Part shown: positions 10,801 to 23,600 of the stretch, in pieces
Layout of the letters: each line of letters starts with the position of its first letter
Numbering within the stretch: position 1 is the first letter of the stretch
Source: Harriotta raleighana
Taxonomy: Eukaryota
DNA: 64,000 bases
Assembly: GCA_050575255.1 (NCBI GenBank)
Contig: JBNZDD010013632.1
Coordinates: 2,426,480-2,490,479 of the forward strand
Reading direction: 5' to 3'
Position numbers and translations under genes: made by a program
The notes under the pieces: model-generated
What the model was told of the DNA's origin: nothing
The model's input: only the letters and a program-made list of their open reading frames with translations
The model's database searches: none

Positions 10801-13800
10801 CACTATGTCTGCTGTTCTGCACACACATTGTCATCATCAACACCCTCTATTTCATTTCTAAGCAAATGCTGATAGCCCAAGGTCACAGAGGGTATGAAGT
10901 AGCCATTAATCTAATACCTCTTGACAAACAATGCACTGCGTTATATATAAGCAGTAACTGAAGTTATTTTATACAACAGTACATTACCCTAATTCCAATT
11001 GGGTTTGTGTGGCCTTCTGTTTATGTTTAAGTCAATTAGAATTTGTACAAGTACCACTGTGTCATTGCTGAAACATAAAGAGAACAGATCCTTTTTCTGA
11101 TCGATCTGCAACGCTATGTATAAAAAAAATTCAAATCACAGCAATGTAGCCAGCGATCGGTATGGTTTAGGGTTCTCAAAAAGGTCACCATATTTGTTTA
11201 AAGCAATTTTCAATGGTACAATAGATTTAAGGTATATAAATTTACTTTCTTGGCTGTAAAACACCTCAAATTGGAAATTGGTTAAATGCCCAAAACTTCC
11301 AACAGCGTGAATGAAGGCTATTTTGTAGTTTTATAATTCAATAATGATATAAAAGCCAAACATAACTTAAGCAGAGAAATTGAATTGAAAAATGGTAATT
11401 AACTGTGTTGATGAGAACTAATAAGCTATGTTTGCAATAATCAATGTATTATTGGGTTGTAAATTATGAAGCGGTTATAGACTACACATGTACAGAGATC
11501 CTTCCTGTTACTAAACATAGAAATAAGATGGATAAAGGCCTAAATTGCTGGAATTTGGCTTTCAAATGGAAGTATTCCAATAGAATTATGATCCGAGATA
11601 TCCTGCAGTCTAAACACGGTAATCCTATTCTATAAGTAATACATGGTACTCTGAAAAATATGATGACACTGGGCAATGATATGTTTATTAGATTTGCTAT
11701 TATTTTAAGTAGCTGTCTGAGTGGTGAGTTTATGTAGCTATCTTCTAAAAGAACACATTATTTGTAGTTCAGTTACAAGAAAAAAATCTATCATTAGTCA
11801 AAATTATGCTTCAATGTTGGACAGAGGCAGATACTATAGATCTTTCACTAATCTACTAAAATGGATACACGAATCCACTAGCATATTTTGGGGGGAATTT
11901 AATTTGTGATTTCCTTTAGGTAAAAGATAATTAGTTATTGGGCATAAAACTGAAACTTTTTGGATTACACTGTGATTCTGTCCACCACCAAATAATCTTG
12001 TCTCTATTGGATGACAAAGGACATTTGTAGGTCATCTAAAAGGTGACATGGAGATCACACGGGCAAGGGAAGGGGGCTTGACAGATCACTGTTCCTCATT
12101 TTTAGATAGCTGGGACTAATGTTTTGAGCATTATCTGCATGTCTGTGTCACAGCAGTTGTCTCAATTCAGGTTTCTGATAAACGCTTCCATTGCCTACAT
12201 TTTCAGCTGCAAATCATTCACATCAACAACAAACAGTGTCACCCACAACAGATGTTGTTCCCTCCAACTCTCTTTTAAAAAGGCAAACTAGTGATCACTG
12301 GACTGTGAGAGTCAGACAGAACAAATCGAGTGACTTTTATCTCTATGAATCATGCATTTCTCCAAAGTTCTCATTCAATTCTTTTTTGTTATTTCCAGCC
12401 TTATTCATTAATCCTGACGACATGAATATTTCAACTGGCATTCATTTTCATAGATGTCCTTCGCAGACCATTACAATAAACATGGACAGACAAATTCTTA
12501 ATTTAATGACTACAAATAGGAAAATCATAATTGCAGGTTTCATTGGGAACACAGAGATAGATACATATGGTTTGTCAATGCCAACCCTATGCAGATACTT
12601 CAGCCCTATAAATAAAACAGGATTTAAAACTGTGAGTTACATTGTTTGAAAATACATTTAATGTTGCACATGTAAAGCATATACAACCAGCACTGTTGCT
12701 TCTCAATTAATTCTTCAAAGCATGTGTATATTATCTGTATAAACAAACAAGTCTGCTGCTTTTATTTTATTATGCGGGTGATGTATGTTATAGTAAAATT
12801 AATTGAAATAAAATTGCATGTTGATCTATTTTGCAATATTGAATAATTGGGATCATTGCAGCACACAAAAGATTTAACTTTATCATGTACATTACAGGCA
12901 ACTTTGAGAAAGCAATGTGATTTCAGTAAAAATGAAATTGCTCGAGTATGTAGAGTGTTAAGATTGTACCATTTACTCACATTTTCAAGTCATTGGAATT
13001 TGTTTTAAATAAATATTGAATGTCCTAGAATTCATATAACATAGAGAAATACTTAATTTTCTAACCCTGCAGCGCAAAACATGCCAGATGCTGCTTAAGA
13101 CATAAATTATTCAAAACCAGAAAGGAAATTAATTGTAAATGTTTGTGGTCAATATAATAGGATCAATGTTTTATGCTTCACTTAGCATCAAACCACAGTC
13201 ACATGTTAATGAATGGCAATAACATTCAATGTAAAAGAGAAACACACAATTTAGCAGAAGGAAAAGCTATGGTGGACAATTTTCATAGAGCCACCTGAAG
13301 CCAAAAATCGATAAAAGGCTTTGATTGCAAGAAAGAACAGGCATTGGGCATAGCAATTACCACTTGTCTTGCATTAATCTCACAGTTTGACCTTTGGAAT
13401 CATACAACGTGCCTGCCATCTCTAAAAATATCAATATGTGTATTGTTTTCAATATTTTCTTGGATCCTTTTTGTCCTTCCTTACACTTCTAGTTTTCCAA
13501 TATATCATATTACCTCTATTAATACAGGGCTTTACAAATTGCTATGTGAGCAAGGTTTACAGTCATCTTTCCATCTCTAGGCAGCTTTGTATTTGATACA
13601 ATTCACCATTTCTGTAACTAAATAAATTTCTCTCTGTAGTGTGCAAAATAACTTTTGAAACACTAAATTTGACTTAAATGTTACTAAACATTATCAGCTT
13701 TAATTATAACTACACCAGTGTACATTTGAGTAATTTCAAATGAGCTAATTATTATCGACACGTCACTTTAATTGTTTTACAAAATGTTTTTATACTAATT

Positions 13801-14499
13801 AGCATTAATGTTGCACCACAGTTTATGCATTATGCATCATAAATGAATTGCATATATTACAGTATAGTCTATTCAGCATATCAATAGGCTCACCACTGCT
13901 CTCCCCACAACAGCACGTAAACTCAGTCCCTTTGTGGCCATTTGAGTGTCAACACCTTATCTCTTAAAAGGCAATTTTCTCCCTTAGTCTAATCAGTAGC
14001 TATTTCCAGGTTGCCTTACTCTCCATGTAGAAATTGCCTTCCACATTTACTTCTTTATGCATGCACAATTTTACCTTGGTTGAAATGTGAAAACATATGT
14101 ACATGTTGCCAATTTAAAGACATTCACAGATACTCAATACTGTAGTCTGAAAAATATACTGACAACTGTGAATACAACCACCTAGAGCACATAAGCCTCA
14201 AAGTGAGCAGAGTATGTTTTATTCCAGAATGGAAACATTGTTTTCTGTGCCATAAGTTGCTTTCTGACATGTTGTGCCAAGGATGTGTCAAGCAAATACC
14301 ATAATATAAAATTAACGAGACATCTGGAGTTTTATATAACTTAAATTTGGTAGGCAAAAAAAAATTATCCAAACCTTCCTCAGAAGATTAAATGGGTTAG
14401 GTAAGATCCACAATAATTGTTCCACATTCTTTGCTTACTCTTACAAAACAGTATCTAGAAACAAGAGTGATTGCAAATAAAATGCTTCGATACATTTTC

Positions 14500-14722
14500 A
14501 CGAGATGCTATCCACACACCTAATAATAATCCGTCCAGAAAATACACAATAATAAAAATTGATCATTTTACTCCACGACTGTTTGTGGGACAAAGCTGTG
14601 CACAATTGGCTGCCGTGTTTCGCCCACAAATATATAATCAATTCACTTTGAAGCGCTTTGAGACATTGATAAAATGTGAAAAGCGCAATATCAAATGAAA
14701 GGATTATTATGATTATTATTAT
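14500..14722 (+). mobile_element. tRNA-derived SINE, younger family, 3' part
   Basis: GACTGTTTGTGGGACA...AATTGGCTGCCGTGTTTCGCCCACA...AAGCGCTTTGAGAC...GAAAAGCGCAATATCAAATG + (ATT)n tail; shared with copies at 25192, 43802, 49050, 57460 and 63385. Confidence 0.85.
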
Positions 14723-16104
14723 GGTATTTGCTTGTTTAATGGCTTCCAAAAGATAGGGCTCTGCAGTGCAACTGATTGGTAAAATGAAAATATCAAGGCA
14801 AATATAATGGCATAGAAATTGTTACTATTGTATACTATCCTTTTGCAAATGATTTATGACATAATTGTACTATGACAATTTAAGATTATATTCTCATGTA
14901 AGAAGCATGACACTTGACAAGCCTGTTCTCCTACCAGCTTTGTGGTTCGGGAGCTAATACAGTATTTACAAGTGTAGCCCTTTGCACAGAATCAACGATG
15001 GCTTTTCTGCTAGCTACATTCATGCCAATAATAAGCAGATCATCAGCTACAAGTTTTTACACTAGTTGTCGCCTAATTCGTATACACTCAGTGCTGCCTA
15101 TTCACTGACTTAAGATCAGCTCAAGAATTTCACCCCCTCCCACACCTCCCCCCCTAAAAACAAAAGTTAATTTGTTCTTGCCTAACATGGTTACATGTAA
15201 CAGCTGGCCACAAATATGCTGCTCTGACACCCAGAAGGTTAAATGGACAATGAACACACAAGACAGCTGGTGCATGAAATCAATAATGAGAAAATGAGTT
15301 CCACTGTATGTGTGTTTTCTTTGTCTATTTCAAGTGGAAGGCCAATCAACTTGTGAACTTAAGGGTTAAAGGGATATATTACAGGTATCCAATTAGCAGC
15401 GGAGAACATCTGGACGAACACTGTAACAGGAGAAGTAGAAAGCCCTGCAGTGCATTAGGAATATGGGAAGATCCATTAAGAGTTCAAGTCCTTCTGTTTA
15501 TCCTAGAAGCCTCTCAGGGTCCAGTGATTCATTACTTATTTCACAAGCCTGGGAAAATCTAAATTGCATTTGTTTGGAACAAAACATTCAGCGTGACTGA
15601 ATAAGCAAATCATACAGTTAGAAACAACAAGCAGTTTGCTGATGATTTTTTGGATTTTAGATTAATTTAAGATTGCTCTCCAAGACCCAAGTAACATCTG
15701 CACTGTAGTTAAGCAGCTTGCCACTAGGCTGATGATTACTGTGTTAATTTATTGTGCAATTACATTTTACTGCCTTTTTATTTATTCTCAGGATGAAAAG
15801 AGGAGAAAAAAATGGAAAGATAAAAAAAAACTTGCTGAATATTTTATGACCACTCCTTTTGTGAATTAAAAATGTATCAATTTCATTTAGGAATTCTTTA
15901 CAATACGTGTTTTTTTAAAAAGACTGAACTAATAAAGATAAGATTGTGGCATTCACAAAGGAAACCTATATTGTTCGGAAAACAAATCAGTCTAATAAAC
16001 AGTTTTATGTATGTCAAAGGCTTGTGGGACTCCAGGCAGAAACAATCCTTTCCTTAAATTTTTAACACTTTAATGCATTGTTTCACTGAGTTAACTGGAG
16101 AAAT

Positions 16105-16425
16105 CACAACGATAACAACAATCGCAAAATTACATTTGTATAGTGCTTTCACGTCGGGAGGACAATAAGATTTTGCACTTCCTATACCTGATGTGTTTAG
16201 TTGTAAGAAGTGCTTTTAGGTGTTAGATATAATCAAACATATGCAACTAAGTGCTACATAACAACAGTGAGGATCCACAAGCAGGGAGGTAAGGATAGGA
16301 TTTAAAGGTGCGGACCAAAGACTCACTCAATCAGTAATTTTTAAGAGGATTTTGAAGTCAGGGAGAGAGGACACAAAGTCCAGGGATTTAGGGGAGGGAG
16401 TTCTTGAGCACAAGACACTGTGTGG
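16105..16425 (-). mobile_element. L2 3' end fragment
   Basis: (CAA)n, AAAATTACATTTGTATAGTGCTTTCACGTCGGGAGGA tail in reverse, plus FKILLK-type coding remnant. Confidence 0.55.
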
Positions 16426-16429
16426 AGCT

Positions 16430-16930
16430 CATTTGATTTAAAGCCTTATCATGTCTTTGAGATGTCTGAATTGACTGTATATTTTGTGGGCAAAACACAG
16501 ATGAGAGATACAGAAAAATCAAATGCACAGAACATGCTTTCTGCTGGAAGATGGACAAATTTAAAACTGTATGCAAAGGCAGTTTAATTGAAAAATGCAT
16601 AATGGTTCAGATATTCTCACAAATATGTGGTTTGGGGATTGCATTGTGGTGTTAGAAAAAAATCTCAAATTCTCAGAACTGCCAGTCAGAGATATGATGG
16701 AGCTTCCAGATTCCTCATGAGGCTATTAGGCAACAAATTGCAAACAGCAGTGTCCCACAAACAGTCGTGGATTGAATTGACCAGTTTATTATATTTTTGA
16801 AGGAATTATTACCTCGGGAAAGACGATCCGCCGATCAACTAACAACCGGATTCCTGCTTACTAGGCAAATAGAGGTGTGTGGGGTAACTAAATATTTCTC
16901 CCTGCCGGGAATTGAACCCAGGTTAACCAC
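16430..16930 (-). mobile_element. Same SINE family, interrupted copy (tail 16430-16500; body/head 16728-16930)
   Basis: TGAATTGACTGTATATTTTGTGGGCAAAACACAG, then ~230 bp unrelated sequence, then GCAAACAGCAGTGTCCCACAAACAGTCG...CCCTGCCGGGAATTGAACCCAGG (B box in reverse). Confidence 0.65.
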
Positions 16931-17109
16931 TGGACTCCACATTACCCGGGGGTAAACTTTTCTAACTGCAGTATCTTGGGAATCCCCGTCATTTCGCTCA
17001 GACCTTGAAGCAACACTAATATCAAATAAAACAAAAATTAAATGCACAGCAAGCATTTGGCTGTGAGCCTTCATTGGAACTGATATTGTAGGCTGCTGAT
17101 TAGATAACA

Positions 17110-17412
17110 TGGAAGCAATCTTGCCTCTGGGTCAGCAGGTTATGGTTTCAAGCTTCCCAATAGGATTGGAGCTCAGCGTTCGCTGACATTCCAGTGTAGT
17201 ACTGGGGAGTGCTACATCGTTGGGAGATATCATCCTTTGGAAGCAATGCTAAACTCTACCTTAAAGATGAAAGTCATTCATTTAAAAAAAAGAGAAAGCA
17301 GAGGTTTACCAATGTCCTGATCAATAAATCCTTCAATAATAATTGATGGCTGTTTGTGGGACTTTCTCTGTGCAAAATAACTGCTGTAAATGACTTTAAA
17401 AAGTAATTCATG
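17110..17412 (+). mobile_element. Old Deu-type SINE
   Basis: CTTGCCTCTGGGTCAGCAGGTTATGGTTTCAAG...GCTGACATTCCAGTGTAGTACTGGGGAGTGCT...GCTGTTTGTGGGAC... Confidence 0.65.
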
Positions 17413-17502
17413 TGAAAATAATTGAACTAACAGTTATTAGTGTTTAATCTAAAATGTTGGTATTGTTTGGATTTTCAATATAATGTTGGTATTGTTTGGA
17501 TT

Positions 17503-17903
17503 TTATACTGTCCTGATGCCTTGTATATTAGGCAAAAGAAAATGTTTTGCTTGTAATAATTTTTACTTTGTGTTTCATTGTGTTTCTGTTCCATTTCGTC
17601 TCTACTCCTTTAATACACCCTCACAAGCAAAAATGCAAGGATCAATAATTAGAATGAAGCACTGCAAGACATTTTAGGAATGGATTGTCAGCATTCTGGA
17701 TTTGATACAGATTTACAACCTCTGCTGGTTTCTTTATTTCTAAGAATATCAATTGCCAGGGAGGAGTGACAGCATATGATAAGCTTGTGAGGGTGTACTA
17801 AAGGAGTAGAGACAAAATGGAACAGAAACGCAATGAAACACAAAGTAAAAATCATTACAAACAAAACATTTTCTTTTGCCTAATATACAAGGCAACAGTA
17901 TAA
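17503..17903. repeat. Long inverted repeat (112-bp arms 17517-17628 and 17783-17894, 154-bp spacer)
   Basis: Arms are reverse complements with 5 mismatches in 112 bp; the pairing extends a further ~9 bp across a 5-nt indel. Confidence 0.95.
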
Positions 17904-19471
17904 CTTGTATTAAATGCAGTTTTTGATTTGCTCATCAGGGGTAAAGCACCTACGCAACTTCAGGTTATTTCCAATCGAAGTGGGCAGATTTTATTGTTTC
18001 TTCTACTGTACTGTTTACCTAGTTAGCCTGATCCCTCCTCCCCCCCACACACCTTTATTAATACAATATACAGATATTAGCAAATTGCCACAATGTCCTC
18101 ACTTATTTCTTATGAGCATCCCTAAATATGTGTCAGTTCAGTTCTGCCATTCCACCCATCCGAATCACTAATGGGACAAAGGTGATATCACCTCCATTGG
18201 ATAAATGGAGCATAAGCACGTCATCATTCAAAAGCAACAAAGTTACCTTAATTTATTCTGCTGAAATCTTGTCCTGTTATATCTATAATAACAATGATCA
18301 GCTTAATTTAGGTGTATAATTTTGCAAAATGCACACTTAAGCAGTAGATTAATGGCTCCTTTCTCATCTTTGCAAAAGCTAATGTGTTAATTGTTCATTT
18401 AAATGGGTCTGTTTAACACCTCATTATTCATTAAGTACTGGAGGCCAACTACTGTAAATGTCATACCAAGTTTCTTAAACTGTTCAAAAATTTAAGAAAA
18501 AAACTCAGCATTTTTCGGCTGTACTATCAGACTGCACATTGTTTTACATGCCCCTATCAAAGTTCTGTACAGTATATACAAACAAATTCAGATGATCTAT
18601 AGCTGGTTTACAAGGGAATTGTCTGCTTCCATGAGGAATTCTATTAGACTCCAGATCCAAAGTAGCCAGTTAACAATTTTATTTGTCCCAAATCATTTAA
18701 ATGATTCTTTTACAATTCACTCTGAATGCAAACGTTGCAAAAATAAAAAAAATTCCACACAAAAGTAATTTGTCCGCCTTCTGAAACTTTTGTCCAATTG
18801 AAAACTTCAAGTGCAAGTATCAAATACATGTATTATTATTAAGTGAATTATTATAGTTGTGTGCTGGATATTAAACAAAATGAAGATCATTTCTGCTTCA
18901 GTTCACAATTACTGTCTTCGATGAAAAATTCCACCACAGGGAAATGGGAGTGAATATGAGGCATCTTTCTTGGAAACAGACATGTCCAAATTTGGCACAG
19001 CAGTAACCACCGGGAAATAAATACAAATGTATAGAAATTTAGGAATGTATCCAGCAGGAGTACACAAAAACTATTAGGACAGTGCACACGATCTGCAGCC
19101 TGGCATCATAACATATTTAATACTGGTATTGCTCAAGAAATGTATTTTATGTTGAACGTACAGTGCACAGATGGTTTTAGTATCACCCTCAGATTCACCG
19201 TACTGGTGCCAGAATACCATCAATGGATTAACTGATGTTAGATCACACCCAACAACAAGATTCCCTTTTTTTTGCTTCCTTGTAACTATTGTTCTGTTGT
19301 GGCAGATGGTTTTGAAACTCACATTTTACAAAGTTTTTTATCCCCCACAAAAATACTCTGGGGACCCACTTCACTGCACTTCGAAAGATTGAATTTAGTT
19401 CCCTGTCTTCAGCACTTCTCAATTACTAAAGCGTTCACTGGCAACTGGAGGTTGGTTAGCAGCATTGTGTC

Positions 19472-19520
19472 TGAGTGTGTGGGTGTGTGGGTGTGTGAGT
19501 GAGTGAGTGAGTGAGTGAGT
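19472..19520. repeat. (GT)/(GAGT)n microsatellite
   Basis: Directly visible. Confidence 0.9.
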
Positions 19521-20029
19521 TAAACGTTTGCCTTGTCCCATTGCATGCAATGCACAACTCATTTTGACTGTTGTACAGTAACCCAGCAACTGCTTATATG
19601 ATACCATGTCTCTATTATTTCTTGCACAGGACAGTTATTGCATCTTATCTGGAGCTTATTTTAACCAGGATAGAACTCGAACAAATCCTACGTTTCCTTT
19701 TACGCATGTGCAGGGGGAAAAAATGTCACATCTCATATCCATTATTACGTAAATGTTAAGTCTGCTGTTATACTCTGCTATTTAGTTTATCATTATTTGA
19801 GAAAAGTGAAATTATGTTAGGTCACTTGAATACCCAGGAGGAAACTTTCCACACTTNGTTATTACGTAAATGTTAAGTCTGCTGTTACACTCTGCTATTT
19901 AGTTTATCATTATTTGAGAAAACTGAAATTATGTTAGGTCACTTGAATACCCAGGAGGAAACTTTCCACACTTTTAAAAACACCAACAGTCGCCAGCAAT
20001 TAAAAAAAAGATTAATTAATTAGATTGAT

Positions 20030-20645
20030 AATATGATGATCTCTTTCCATTTCGGGAGCCCAGTGAGTGCCTCATGCTCCACAGACAGCAGAAACCCTCT
20101 GGTGCTTCACCAAAGTGGTCATAATTCATGCTTGAGCCCGGACCATGAGTGTCAAAAGGCTATTCAACCATGCGACCATATAATCAAGACTGATTCTGTC
20201 CTCACCCGTGGTCCACACACATACATTTTCTGGCAAGGGTCAATGGATTGCATTCAGGAATACGAACTGTGATTGATTGCTTGTTTTTCAAGTCTCTACC
20301 ATTTTCAATACCCTTTCTGGCTCTGTTGGCCCATTTGGGGCTTTCCTGCTCCGGGTGGCTCAATACTGCACTGGGATCTAATTGTGAGATTCTCAAAAAG
20401 TACCTGGCGTGCTTGGGCAGATCTTTATTTGAGTTTCGACCTCAGGATTGGAGCCAACGAAGAATCCTGGTCATCTGCAAGGAATTGGTATCCAAGTAGA
20501 GGTCGAGATCCTCTATTTACAAATCTCTTTGTGAATTTTACAAACTAAACTCTGTGTCTTATATTCACTCAGTAGCTTTTATTTAAAATAGGAGGTGGGG
20601 GCTCATTGGATGGAGCTGTTCGTCAATTGTATCCACTGTGGGAGA
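20030..20645 (+). mobile_element. Second degenerate tyrosine-recombinase retrotransposon (Ngaro/DIRS-like) fossil
   Basis: FG..VS 20051-20068, KTD 20186-20194, PAPGGSILHWD, ILKKYLACLG 20389-20418, RIGA 20444-20455, GR-RSSIYKS 20501-20526, then W..-SSIV-H at 20607-20640. Confidence 0.6.
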
Positions 20646-23600
20646 ATTCTCCATTGTTTATTTATCTGTTTTTCTTTATTCAATATTTATTTGAATATAT
20701 ACAGTGGTTGCCAAGTTCCCACAAATTTGAGCAATTAATCCTGTCCCATTGACTGCTGCGAGTATTTAAAAGTACTGAAAATACTGAAATGAGGCAGCTG
20801 TTGGTAAATTTCATTATGTTAAAAAGTGCCAACAGAATTAGCTAGAAAATTTCATTCAAACGTCAAACCTCAACTTTCGCCCAGGACATAATAATAAAAT
20901 AATAAGAAATGGATTATGGAACAAGTGAGCCGTCAATGTATTGGAGCACTTCAGTAAACTTATAACAATTTCTTCACATAGGCTATTGGGAAGATTACCA
21001 ACATATCAGTCTTCTTGATATAAAATGACCCTGCATAATCAGCAAGTGGGCAATATCAAGCTGGGGTCAAGCAGCTTCTTTGCAGGAAGAGAGGGAGATT
21101 CACCCATTGTGCACTGGCGTGTATTCTCCTGACAAATAATGCTGAGCACAATGGTGGAGGCCTAGGCACAATGTATTGTTTGGCTAGAGAAGGGGCGCAA
21201 GTAAATTCCCTCCAAAAAAAAATCCCATTAATACATGTCCTGGTTCAGCATCATCCAGTTAAAATGGTCATTCACTTCATGGATGCTTGTGGAACCTAGC
21301 TGTGGGCAAATGTCACTGCTGCATATACAGTCACTACACTTGATAGCAATTACCTGAGATATTTTGATACTGTAAGTCATCTATTAAATGTAATGATTAT
21401 TATTGGTGATGTTTATTATTATAGCTTTGGTGAAAAAACACAAAAAAGGGGCAAAGTTGATTTGACTATGAAAAACATTTATCTCTCCTTTTGCAAACTA
21501 TCCCAAATAATAAAATGACCATTGTAAAATAATCAGCGTCAAGCCAAGTCTATTATCTGACATGCTTTTATTGAATACGGTTATCATACGCATAATGAAC
21601 AGTACTGTGCATGACAAAAGGAGGGTGAATCTGAACTCAATACTGCACATGGGAGACAAACATTCTACCCTTTGACCTCGGCAGGAACATAGCTTCCGCT
21701 GTGTATGAATGGTATTTTGGTCAAATAAAGCTGGCACTGAGGACTCGACTGATTTTTGAATGTTTATAAGCAAGGACTTAATAACACAGCATCCATATCT
21801 AATGAGTTCAAGGTTCCTCTATTCAGCCTTTCAAACGGGTCAATTCCTCAATGACATTTTTACTGCTTCCCAGAGTTCACCATCAGCCTCTCGGATTTTA
21901 GGTTTAATTGGTCAAATGCCATTTTATGGTTGCATCAAAAAATATTTTTTTTTCAGCAGTAAAATATTAGCTTTATATTGCCTTTTAATGCTCGATTTAG
22001 CACAGCTCCGCAAAGTGCCACATTCCAGGAAGGTGCATTCGTACTTCAGTTATTAAGTCACGAAAGATGAACTGACTTTGATATTTGTCAGTTCCATTGA
22101 ATTTTTACCACATCTGTCTAATTCAATATTTGTTATAAAGGAAAGCATGAGTCATCAAAGACCGGCACCAGAGTATTTTCTGATTCAACATCCTTAACCT
22201 TAGGGTGAAAAGAGGAAAAGAAAATCTTGGGTTGCAAATTGCAACACCAGCTAATGTGACTTTGACCAACTGAAGAATAAATGCTTTAAAGGGGCAACGT
22301 CCTCAAAGCAAAACACGGCAGACCTCTTCTACATGCATTTCTTTCCAAGTAGATTGGCTGTAAATTAAGACAAAGTGCCACACAGCACGCAATTTGCACA
22401 TGACATTATCACAAAAAAAGTACAGCTCTTTTGTCTCTTCTGTCTCCCTAAAAAAAACATCAGTACCACAAACATTTTCGTGAAGACTAAGACTCTGCTG
22501 AGTCTTTAACAGCAGTCTCCTTCTTACCTTTACAAACATCACTTTTACTGAAATATTTATGGGTTTAAAATAATAAGTGATGAAATATCTAATGGAGATT
22601 CATGTTCCACGTTGAGCTCAGAGTTAGCAGGGTCGTGTTAGAGATGCCTTAAAAGGTTATCAGAACAGCATACCTGTATCTTGGAAAGGCAAGCAAGTGC
22701 AACTTAAAAATGCTAGGAATCATTGGATACTGCTGTAGCACAGGTGGAATACTTCCAAGTTTCTAAATAGGTTAGTTTAAAACCAGAAAAGATAATTCCT
22801 TCTCTTTCTCCTTACACTTCACTATAGTGGGCTGCATAATACAGTAGACAGGCCGAGCAATAAACAATCTCAGGCTCTGCCAGTTGTTACCCGAGTGACC
22901 AATGTATCCCTGTGCTACTGGGTGGCACCACGAAGGGCCAACTGTTCTGTTTCAGGACTATCTACGATACTTCACAAGACCGTGCAAAGAATTCTGCCTT
23001 GCCAATTGGCAGTTAGCAAGTAGCTGTGTGTAACGCATTGCCTCCCTGTGACATGCAAATGTTACTCAATCTTTATATTAATTTAGTCAAAGGTATCAAA
23101 GAGGCTCCATGTTCCTCAAAGTCGTTTACTAGAATCTGGTTCCCATTCTTAACTGGCTTGTGCGTTTCCAAATATACCACAAGGTCAGAATTTTTTTTTT
23201 ACATTCTGTGATTAATGCTGAGAGCTGCAGCATGTTTAGACAGGGTCAGGACCTGGGCAACATTTAATCAAATTTCTGTGCTGCTTGTCCCAGTGGAACT
23301 GGTAGAGAAGAAGTCTCTCATTGCAGGGCTGCACTTCAAATTTCCAATTGTTTACACGCTGTTAAGTAATTATTTCACTCCTGAACCTAGCCTTCAAGAG
23401 ACACTAACCTCCTCAGAGAAAATAAGCGCTTACTCAACTGCGTATAATATAGGTCTATTTTCTCACACCCCCTTTGTGAAAGTGACAGCTCAGCTCAAAC
23501 CATTCTTTGCCTATATTTTCACATGTAAATCTGTGTTAATGATCTCTCTAATTGGGTGCTTATTTGTCACACCCATTAGAAGCCGCCTCTTTATTTGCTG

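Noticed and set aside
12191-12649. 152-aa ORF
   Set aside because: Non-ATG start, no recognisable domain or splice pattern; chance ORF in intron.
19742-19973. Apparent tandem repeats or CRISPR-like direct repeats (also 45147, 47193, 47841)
   Set aside because: Two copies only, joined at a single n; assembly overlap in a vertebrate genome.
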